Below, one piece after another: positions 31,208 to 40,262 of a stretch of DNA of 64,000 nt. The notes under the pieces were generated by a model. That model saw only the letters and a list, made by a program, of their open reading frames with translations, was not told the DNA's origin and searched no databases. A program made the translations under genes and the position numbers. This DNA is from an uncultured Planctomycetaceae bacterium. Lineage in GTDB: Bacteria; Planctomycetota; Planctomycetia; Pirellulales; PALSA-1355. Every line of letters starts with the position of its first letter. The stretch's first letter is position 1. The stretch spans positions 597,802-661,801 of the forward strand of contig CAWCAX010000006.1 of assembly GCA_963793635.1 (NCBI GenBank). Reading direction: 5' to 3'.

Positions 31208-32065
31208 ATGCCCATCCTCGGTGCCCACATGTCGATTGCCGGCGGCTATTATAAGGCCGTCGAGGCCGCCGCCGAAGCGGGTTGCGATTGCGTGCAACTG
31301 TTCACCAAAAACAACAACCAGTGGCGGGCCAAGCCGCTCACCGCCGACGATCGAACGCGGTTTCAGGCGGCACTCAAAAAACTCAAGATCAAACACCCTA
31401 TCGCCCACGACTCGTACCTGATCAATCTGGCCAGCCCGGATGAGGAGCTGTGGCAAAAGTCGATCGACGCGTTCACCGAGGAACTCCTGCGCTGCCAGCA
31501 CTTGGGCATCCCGCAGCTGGTCACGCATCCTGGCTCGTTCACCACCAGCAGCGAGGCCGAGGGGCTGGCCGGCGTGGCCGCCGCGCTCGACGAGGTGCAT
31601 CGCCGCACGCCGGGGCTCAAGGTTCTGACGCTGCTGGAAAACACGGCCGGACAAGGATCGAACCTGGGCTGGCAGTTCGAACATCTGGCCGTGATCATCG
31701 CCGGCGTGGCCGAGCCCAAGCGGCTGGGCGTGTGCATCGACACCTGTCATCTATTCGCGGCCGGCTATCCCTTGGGCACCAAGCGCGAATACCGGGCCAC
31801 GATGGCCCAACTCGACTCGATCGTCGGCCTGCGGCGGGTGAAAGCGTTTCATCTGAACGACAGCAAGCAGGGGCTCGGCTCGCGCGTCGACCGGCACGCC
31901 CACATTGGGCGCGGGAAACTGGGGCTGGAGCCGTTCCGGTTGCTGCTCAACGATGCGCGGTTTCGCCGGACGCCGATGTATCTGGAGACGGCCAAGGAAC
32001 AGGAGAATGGCGTCGAGATGGACGTCGTCAATTTGCAGACGCTGCGCGGGTTGATCGAGACGTAA
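31208..32065 (+). CDS. nfo: Endonuclease IV
   Basis: LGAHMSIAGG, QLFTKN, HDSYLINLAS, HPGS, LENTAGQG, CIDTCH, HLNDSK, DRHAHIG. Confidence 0.96.
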   Translation: MPILGAHMSIAGGYYKAVEAAAEAGCDCVQLFTKNNNQWRAKPLTADDRTRFQAALKKLKIKHPIAHDSYLINLASPDEELWQKSIDAFTEELLRCQHLGIPQLVTHPGSFTTSSEAEGLAGVAAALDEVHRRTPGLKVLTLLENTAGQGSNLGWQFEHLAVIIAGVAEPKRLGVCIDTCHLFAAGYPLGTKREYRATMAQLDSIVGLRRVKAFHLNDSKQGLGSRVDRHAHIGRGKLGLEPFRLLLNDARFRRTPMYLETAKEQENGVEMDVVNLQTLRGLIET

Positions 32066-32102
32066 ACAGCCCCGCTTCCGCGCGCGTAACTGAAGCGATG
32101 AT

Positions 32103-32195
32103 CCTATCCGAGAACCGTCCGGGAGAAGGGGACAGGCACATTTCTCTCCCCGGGCACCGCAAAAATGAGCCAGTCCCCAACGGTTCTCGGATAGG
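32103..32195. mobile_element. MITE-like element with 16-bp TIRs and an internal palindromic doublet
   Basis: cctatccgagaaccgt / acggttctcggatagg enclosing ggggacaggcacattt...aaaatgagccagtcccc; no clear TSD. Confidence 0.65.
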
Positions 32196-32239
32196 CTGTT
32201 ATGTGGCAAGCCCGTTGAAAACGGTGGGACGGAAATGCC

Positions 32240-32695
32240 TCACTCCGGCTTCGGCCAGCCGGCTTCCAGGCCGGCAATCTTTTCGACACGGCGGGCATGG
32301 CGGCCCCCCTCGAATTCGGTCTTGAGCCAGATTTCGATCATCCGGTCGATCAGCTTTTCGCCCAACATGTCGGCCGACAGACAGAGCACGTTCAGATCGT
32401 TGTGGCGGCGGCTCATTTCGGCCGTCAGGTCGTCGTGGCAGGGGGCCGCGCGGACGCCGGAGAGCTTGTTGGCGGCGATGCACATGCCGATACCGGTGCC
32501 GCAGATCAAAATGCCCCGATCGACTTCGCCCAGGCTGACCTTTTGGGCCACGATGGCGGCGATGTCCGGGTAGTCGACGCTGGAGGGATCGGCCGGGCCG
32601 GCATCGACGACCTCGTGGCCGAGTTGCCGGACCAACTCGATGACCTTGAGCTTGATCTGAAACCCGCGATGGTCGCTGCCGATGGCAATCCGCAT
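32240..32695 (-). CDS. rpiB: Ribose-5-phosphate isomerase B
   Basis: IAIGSDHRG, DYPD, ICGTGIGM, ANK, RRHND.N, FEGGRH.RR. Confidence 0.96.
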   Translation of the reverse strand: MRIAIGSDHRGFQIKLKVIELVRQLGHEVVDAGPADPSSVDYPDIAAIVAQKVSLGEVDRGILICGTGIGMCIAANKLSGVRAAPCHDDLTAEMSRRHNDLNVLCLSADMLGEKLIDRMIEIWLKTEFEGGRHARRVEKIAGLEAGWPKPE

Positions 32696-32699
32696 GACT

Positions 32700-33852
32700 T
32701 CATCTCCACGACTGGAAAAGCGCGATCAGATTTCGAGCCTGCGCGATGCGCGCGGCCAGTTCGATCTTGATCTGGGCTGCACACCGTTCGTAAAACTCGA
32801 CCGGGCCGCCGATCGGGTCGGCGACATCGCCTTCATCGCGACACAACACCTGCACCCGCGGCGCGGCCTCGGGCCATTGAGCCACAATCGCCTGTCGATG
32901 CGAACGGGTCATCGTCCAGATGACGTCGGCGTGCCGCACCAGCCCCGCCGTCAGCGGCTGCGACTCGTGATCGGACAGGTTCAAGCCCATCTTCGCGAGG
33001 ACTTCGACCGCCTCGGGACTGGGCCGGCTGCCCATCGTGGCCGAAATGCCGGCCGATTGCACCAGGATGCCATTGTCGCTCAGTTGGGCCGGCGAGCAGC
33101 CCTTTTTTTCGGCGAGCATTTTTCGACACAGCACCTCCGCCATCGGGCTGCGGCAGGTATTGCCGGTGCAGACCAGCAGGATCAACATGCTGGAGAGCCG
33201 CTTGAGAGTCTGCTCCGATACGACTCCCGGCCGCAGCACTTGCAATTCTTTTTCGCCCACCTTGACCACCGTCGATGCCTGGCCCAGGCGGCACCGTCCG
33301 TCGTTGAGCACCAACTGCACCTGATCGCCCAGCGATTTGAGCACCTCTTCAGCCGTCAGCGACTCGGGGTTGCCGTTGCGATTCGCACTGGTCAAAACCA
33401 CCGGGCCGGCCATCATCCGCAGGATGTCGAGCACGACCTGGTGGTGCGGCACCCGCAGCCCGATGGAGGCCCGCGGCGTTACCGCCCGCTGAACGCTCGG
33501 CGGCAATTGATGCACCAGGCTTTCGGAATGATGATCTTCCACCACGATGGTCACCGGGCCGGGCCAGCAGCGGCGGGCCAAGCGCCTGCCCAGGCGCGCT
33601 CAAATGCGGCACGTAGTCCAGCGCGTCATCGGCGCTTTTCACGGCCAACGTCAGGGCCTGCCCGGCGGGTCGATTCTTGACGGCATTCAGACGCTCGACC
33701 GCTCGCTCGTCGAGCGCGCTGGCGGCCAGGCCGTACACGGTCTCGGTCGGCAGGGCCACCAGTTTGCCTTCGGCCAAGGCTTGCACGGCACGATGCACGA
33801 CGTCGCGCAAGTCTTCGGCGCTGCGAATATCGATGACCAGAGGTGAAGCCAT
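32700..33852 (-). CDS. tsaC: Threonylcarbamoyl-AMP synthase (TsaC/Sua5) fused to an LMW protein phosphatase (YwlE-like); frameshift ~33590
   Basis: VALPTETVYGL, K.R, WPGP.T, IGLRVP.H, TSAN, STVV, then in the same frame VCTGNTCRSPMAE and DVADPIGG. The true stop may be at 32726. Confidence 0.88.
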
Positions 33853-34167
33853 GCAAGAATGATGGGGGACTTGGCCGAGCGAGGAACATTCTACCTGAGT
33901 TGCCGCAGCCAACGACCGGCGGACGGCACGTGCCGACACGGTGTCGAGCACTGGCGGGCTCGAATCGGCACCAGCGACCGCCGCGGACCCCACTGCACGC
34001 AGCTCATCTGGCGAAACTCAAGCGCAAACACTGAATGTATCACTATTTGCGTTTGAGTCAAGCTGCCCGTCCGAATGCCTTGGGCCGGCCCTTTCCGACC
34101 GTCCTTCCCGGCGGCGATAATTCAGCCGGCTGCTTGTTTCCGCTCGCCCCTGTGAGGTCTGCTTGTC

Positions 34168-35188
34168 ATGTTGCCGGCTGTGCAGCGGTTCACCTCCTCG
34201 ACCGGGGTTCGGATCTACCGGCTCCCCTGCGAAGCTTTTCCCGACCTGGTTACGTTTGCATATCTGCTGCTCGGGGCCGGGCCCCCCACGTTGGTCGACA
34301 CCGGCAGCGGTTACGGCGAGTCCAACGCGCAGCTGGCGGCCGGCCTGGATGCGGTTGGATCCGATTTCGCTGAGCCGATTCGGCTGGCCGACATCCGCCG
34401 CATCGTGATCACGCACGGCCACATCGACCATTTCGGAGGACTGCCATTCTTTGCCGAGCAAACCGGCGCCGAAATCGCCATCCACCAGCTCGATCGACGC
34501 ATCCTGACCGCCTATGAAGAGCGCGTCGTCGTGGCTACGGCGGCTCTGCGGCGCTTTTTGCAACAGGCTGGCGTGCGGGCAGCCATGCAATCCGCCTTTG
34601 TCGACATGTACGGATTCTCCAAACGCCACGTCCGCAGCCTGCCGGTCGCCATCACGCTGTTCGATGGGATGGTCCTCGACGGCATGCGCTTCATCCACGT
34701 TCCCGGGCATTGTCCGGGGCAGGTTTGCATCGCGCTGGGAGACATCCTGCTGTCGGCCGATCATATTCTGCCCAGCATCACTCCGCACCAGGCTCCCGAG
34801 AGCATCACGCCCAGCACGGGCCTGGGCCATTATCTGGATTCGCTGGAAAAAGTGCGCGCTGCCGGCGATTTCGATTTGGCTATGGGGGGTCACGAGCAGC
34901 CGTTCCGCAATGTGCCCGAGCGGATCGACGAAATCCGCGCCAGCCATTTGCGCAAACTCGAAAAGATTCTCGCCATCGTGGGGGAATCCACGGAGCCGCT
35001 TTCGACCAACGAGATTTCCAAACGCCTGTATCGCCGGGTGAAGGGCTTTCACATCCTGCTGGCGTTGGAGGAGGTCGGCGGCGCACGTGGAATATCTCTA
35101 CAACCACGGGCGGCTGGCCGTGGCCAACCTGGAAGCCATCGAGCGCGAAGAGAACCCGGCGATTCTATATCGGGCCGTCCGCGGCTGA
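34168..35188 (+). CDS. MBL-fold metallo-hydrolase (frameshift ~35080)
   Basis: LVDTG, THGHIDHFGG, PGHCPG, GGH. The shifted frame AHVEYLYNHG... stops at 35188. Confidence 0.87.
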
Positions 35189-35426
35189 CGTCCGCAAGCT
35201 CGGGCGCGGCGGTAGCCGGCGGGACTTTTTTTCCGAATATGCCCGCAAAACCGGACCCAGGAGGTTATCATAAGGGCGGCTCCTGACATCGCCGGTTGCG
35301 CATCGGACAGCGGAAGCGCAAGCTAAGGCGGCCACAGGAGTTTGATATCCCCGGCCCGGGGCGGTCTGGAAGCGGATTGCCGAGCCGGCGCCGGGGCCCG
35401 GCGGCGCCGCGGTCGGTCGGGTAGGC

Positions 35427-35452
35427 GGAACTTTGTCGGCGCAAGCTGCGTC
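35427..35452 (+). promoter_or_regulatory. ECF-type (sigmaE-like) autoregulatory promoter
   Basis: GGAACTT-N16-GTC just upstream of the ECF sigma start codon. Confidence 0.6.
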
Positions 35453-35469
35453 CCAATCGTGGAGCGGTT

Positions 35470-36033
35470 GTGAGAGACGACAGTCAGTTGATCGACGAGA
35501 CGCTGAGCGGCGATTCGGCGGCGTTCGGCCAATTGGTCACGAAATATCAGGACCGCTTGTACAACACGATCGTGCATGTCATCGGCTCGACCGACGAAGC
35601 CTACGACGTGGTGCAGGATGCGTTGGTGCAGGCGTTCGTCAAATTGGAGTCATTTCACCGCGAGTCGGGCTTTTACACTTGGCTCTACCGCATCGCTCTG
35701 AACGGGGCCATGAGCCGGCGGAGACGCGCCAAGCCGCTGCTCTCCGTCGAACAGACCCGCGAAGCGACGGGCGAAGAACCGGCGGCCCGGCTGGAAACGC
35801 CCAGCGACCGGCTGGAGCAGCAAGAGCGCGCCGCGGCGGTGCAAGCCGCGCTGGCCACCTTGAGCGACGAACATCGCACGGTCCTGGTCTTGCGCGAAAT
35901 GGACGGTTACGGTTATGAAGCCATCGGCGAAATACTCGATCTGCCGGTCGGCACCGTGCGCAGTCGTTTGCACCGCGCGCGGTTGCAGTTGAGAGAACAA
36001 TTGAAGTCGGTCATGCTCGAGGACCTGAAGTAG
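35470..36033 (+). CDS. ECF RNA polymerase sigma factor
   Basis: AFGQLV.KYQ, DVVQDA, FYTWLYRIA.N, LREMDG..YE.I...L.LPVGTVRSRLHRAR. Confidence 0.93.
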   Translation: MRDDSQLIDETLSGDSAAFGQLVTKYQDRLYNTIVHVIGSTDEAYDVVQDALVQAFVKLESFHRESGFYTWLYRIALNGAMSRRRRAKPLLSVEQTREATGEEPAARLETPSDRLEQQERAAAVQAALATLSDEHRTVLVLREMDGYGYEAIGEILDLPVGTVRSRLHRARLQLREQLKSVMLEDLK

Positions 36034-36081
36034 CGGCTAAGCCGAAAAGCCTCCCCGGCGGGAACGGTGCGCAGAACCAAA

Positions 36082-37831
36082 ATGACCCACGATCCCGACG
36101 AAGAACTGATCAGCGCCTATCTCGACGGCGAATTGAACGCCGACGAGCAGCGGCGCGTCGAGCGGCTGCTGGGAGAAAGCGCCGAATCGCGCGAGCTGTA
36201 CGAAGAGCTGCGAAACTTGCGATCCTCGTTCCAGGCCCTGCCGCGCTATCGATTGCCCGAGGATCTGGGTGAGCGCGTGCTGCGCGCGCCGAGCAGGAAT
36301 TGTTAGGCGACGAATCGGCGGCGCGATGCAGTAGATGGGCCTGCCGCACCGCTGTTGCCGGAAACGGTCGAAAAACAGCTGCTGGGCAACCTGCCGCAGC
36401 AGCGGTCGTGGCCCTATCCGCGCACCTGGCGGGCCCTGTTCTGGCCGGTGATGGTCGTGGCCGCGGCCGTGGCCATGATCGTAGCCGGTCCAAAACAGCG
36501 CGTTGCCGAGCGCGAACGGGCGATCGCCAGGGCCCCGTCGGCGGCCGAGAAACCATGGGAGCAGGACCACCCGCCGGCCGAAATCGGAGCCGCTGCCGGG
36601 GAAGGCCTGCCGCGGGGCGAAACGGCAGCGCGCGACGGCGCCATTGCCAACCAACGGCCGGCCGAGATAGCTCTTCGCAAGTCCGCCGCTCAAGCCGATC
36701 AGCTCGCCGACGAAGAAAAAAAGCAGGCCGGTTTGGCCGGCAATCGACCGGCCGACCCCGAGCAAGCCGCCGCCGCCGGAGCCCGGGCCGCCGCGGCGCC
36801 AGCTTCCGGTCTGGCCGGGCGAGCAACTGGGGGCGGCTTGCAGCCGCCAGTCGCCCCAAGTCTCACGGCGTCGGGCAGCGCGGAAGCAGCGGCCAAATCG
36901 TCTGCCGACTTAGAGCTTGATTACTATGAATCCGACGCTGCGCTGGGCGGCCCGGACACCTTCGTCTGTGAGGTTGCACTCACTCCCGAGGCCGTCCGCC
37001 AAAAGGCCTTCGAGCAACTCCTGAGCCGAAATCAACTGTCGCCGTTGCCGCCGCAGACCGAGCGCGACGCTGCTGGTTCCAAGCAAAACGGAACCGAGCC
37101 CGAGGTAGAACAATTTCAAATCAAGGACAAGCAAACCGACGGCAAGTCGCTGTCAGCCGCGGCAGCGAAGGCGGCCAAGGCCAGGCGAGAGCCGGTGGCG
37201 CGGAGTTTGGACGCGGAGAGCCAAAACGCGGCGGCTCAAGAACGCGCTGATCCAAAACTCGGTCGACGAGGGGTCGACGCTGCGCGAGGTTACGGTTGCC
37301 GCCACGCCAGAACAGTTTGTGGCGACGCTCCACGACTTGCGCCAACATCCGCAGCAGTTTTCGATGGCTTCGGTCGGATTCGAAGCGGCTCCCTCCAGCG
37401 CAAACCAACGGGATCGCGGGCTCCAGGCCGATTCCGCCGGCAAGGGCGCCTCCGCCGGGCGCGCCGCCGAGAAGGCGAAGCGCCGGGCCAAATTCGATGG
37501 AACCGCAAAGCAGATCCGCGATGCGAAACTGGAGCCGACCAACTCTGAGCAGGCTAAATCGGACTCGGCAAGTTCCAAGCCGCAGCAAGCGGCTGCCCGA
37601 CGAGCGCCGCCCGATGCGCCCCAGCCCGATGCGCCGCCGCCCAATGCGCCGCCGCCCAATGCGCCGGCAGCCGATACGCCGCCGCCCAGTGCACCGCTGC
37701 CCCAGAAGGAGCAAACCCAGGCTGGGCAAACCGTAAGGCTGATCTTCCGGCTGCGCGTGGCGGAGTCGGCCGCGGACGCTCCTGTCCAGCAGGATCCTTC
37801 GGCCGAGCCAGCCGCAAAACAGGCCCCCTGA
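36082..37831 (+). CDS. Anti-sigma factor (zf-HC2-like N-terminus, TM, long low-complexity tail; multiple frameshifts)
   Basis: ELISAYLDGEL; TM LFWPVMVVAAAVAMIV; pieces 36082-36306, 36355-~37240 and ~37250-37831. Confidence 0.75.
37604..37700 (+). repeat. 15-bp coding tandem repeat (APPP[ND])
   Basis: About 6 gcgccgccgcccaat-like units. Confidence 0.7.
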
Positions 37832-38126
37832 GCCGTCGATCTCCCGCACCCGTTCCCGCCGCCATTGCTGCCAGGGCCGTAGCGGCCGGCGTGCCGGCCG
37901 CGGACTGTGCGTCTGCGAGATCGACAAGTTTTCCCCACGTCTTCGAGTGCCGGCGCACCTTCGCGCCCCTTGACCAACTCAAGCCGCCGCTGACGTTTGC
38001 GCGCGGGCTTGGCCCCCTCGCTACGGCCCGCTCTCTCGCTGGCCGCCCGTCGCGCGACGGCCGACTGCTAGAATCCGCTGGCAGGTGGCTAAAACAGCGG
38101 ACCCTCAACGGACGGCGGACCAGCGC

Positions 38127-38928
38127 ATGGATTCAGCGATTCTCGAAGCGACGAGCGCACAGTTCTTGGGCCAGTGGCAGCGATTGGTCAGCACCACCAA
38201 CTGGGACAAGGGGCGAATTATCCAGCAGTGGCGCGCCGCGCTGAGTGCCGCCGGCGTCGACTTGTCGGATTATTCCGACGAGACCTGGAGCCGCGAAGTC
38301 GGCAATGTTACGCCCCAACACGTCGGCCGATTGCGGCGCGTGTTCGAGCGATTCTCCGAAGTCCGTGACGGTTACCAGGGACTGTACTGGAGCCATTTCC
38401 AGGCGGCGCTCGACTGGAACGACGCCGAAATGTGGCTCGAAGGCGCCGTGCAAAATGATTGGTCCATCGCCCAAATGCGCCGCACGCGCTGGGAAACCCT
38501 CGGCGCCGTCGCCGAACTCGAGCCCTGCCAAGAGGAGAACGCCCCGTCCGACTGGGACGAAGACGCCCAGCCGCTGGCCGCCGAAGGCGCGGTCGAATCG
38601 CTGTCGGGCAAGATCGACCTGGTCCGGCCGGCACAAAAGGCCAGTCCTGCCGACGAAGTCGATGGCGAGGCGCGACGGGCGGGACGCCGAAAAGGCTGGG
38701 GACAGCCAAATCGGCGATCGGTCTTCGGCCGAAGCGCATGACGTCGCGCCGCTGCGACCGTTTGCCAACCTGGCCTCGTTGCCCGCCGATATCAGCGAGG
38801 CCTTCGAGTCGTTCAAGCTGTGCATTCTCAAGCACAAGCTGGCCGGCTGGGCGGAACTGTCGCGAGCCGACCTGATCGCGGCGCTCGACGCCCTGAAAGA
38901 GCTGGCGCTGGCGCCCGCCGGGGCTTAG
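38127..38928 (+). CDS. Conserved-looking hypothetical protein (frameshift ~38670)
   Basis: LVSTTNWDKGRII...QHVGRLRRV...LYWSHFQAALDW.DAEMWLEGA; the C-terminus RPF..L..LP.D...FKL.IL.HK is in the next frame. Confidence 0.75.
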
Positions 38929-38939
38929 CAGCCGGGAAA

Positions 38940-39952
38940 CTACGAATCGGCGGCCAGTCGCGCGGCGCGGTCAATTGCCCGGTCGAGTCGAGCTTCGATG
39001 GCGGCGCGGTCCGGAAACGCTTTGTGCTCCAGATAAATCCATTCCAGCCATTGCAGCCCGCCCATCATAACGGTGGTCCGGTCGAAGGCGGCCACGAGCA
39101 ACTGTTCGTCGTCCGACAACGGCCGAATCGATTGATAGGCGGCCAGGCCGTGTTCCCAGGCGGCTGCGGTCATCACCCACCAGGCTGCCCAGCAGCCGGG
39201 CCACGTCGGTCGCGACGTTGTCGGGCCGCAGGCTGCCGAAGTCGACAATCCCGCTCACGCGGTCGCCGCTAAACAAAACGTGGTCGTGCCAGATGTCGCG
39301 AATGCAGGGCTGCAATGCGATTTGCACCCGGCTGGCCTGGGCGATCAACGCCAGGCTCGACTCGGCGGCCAGCGAGAACAACTGCACCAGTCGCCGGCCG
39401 CGCGCGGCCAGCTCGGGCCAGTGCCCGGCGTGAATGGCGTCGGCCAGTTGGCGAATGGCGCCGCCGCGCAGTCTTAAAAAATGTTCCTGCCGCTGTTGGA
39501 TACCGGGGGAGGGCGCGGGCCCGATGTCGGCCAGCGGAAAACTGACGGCCGCCCGATGAAATTCGGCCAAGGCAGTCAGCGCCGCCGCGAGCCGTTGCTC
39601 GCTCGGAAATGCGTGATAGTCGGCCACGCCGGGCAGCCAAGGGGCCAACTCCCAAAAGCAGCCGTCGTGGGTCACATAGCCGGCGTGATCGGCCGCTTCC
39701 AGGGGGAGCGGAATCCGCTGGAACCCTTCCAGGTCCACGTGCCACAGGACGGCCTGGATGAATTGGAACTGATCGACGGCCGGATAGCCGGCCGGCCAGC
39801 GCCGCAGGCAAAGCGGGCCGCGAGCGGTCGTGAGCCGCCAGAAGCTGGCCCCGCTGAAGCCGCCGGCTGCGCCCAGCGGCTCGAACCAGGCTGGGCTGAC
39901 AGTCGGCCGGATAAGCGGCCAAGACCGGGGCAATCTCCGCATGGCTGGCCAT
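38940..39952 (-). CDS. APH/type II homoserine kinase-like phosphotransferase (frameshifts)
   Basis: GGFSGA loop, WLPG, LAEFH, CIRDIWHDHVLF...IVDF, DVARLLGS. Confidence 0.8.
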
Positions 39953-40262
39953 CCGCAACACCTGGAACATCCTTCCTGATTGTACTGGCGGCGATCAGCA
40001 GGCTGACCGCGTAACCGGCCATGAATTGGCGTCCCCTGTCCGCACTAAGCCTGCATTCGTTACGTAAGGAAGACAAGGGTCCCGGGTCCGCCAAGCTTCT
40101 GCCAGAGGTGCCTAACTGCCTTGCCGCCCTCGAATTCGGCCAATTTGGGTGACCCCTGCGCCCATTCTGGGCGACGCTAAATTAGGCTATATTTAACGGT
40201 TGCGACTTCACCCGCCGCCTTGGGCACGTTGCGGGTGTCTCGTTTGCGCCTACCTTCTACCC

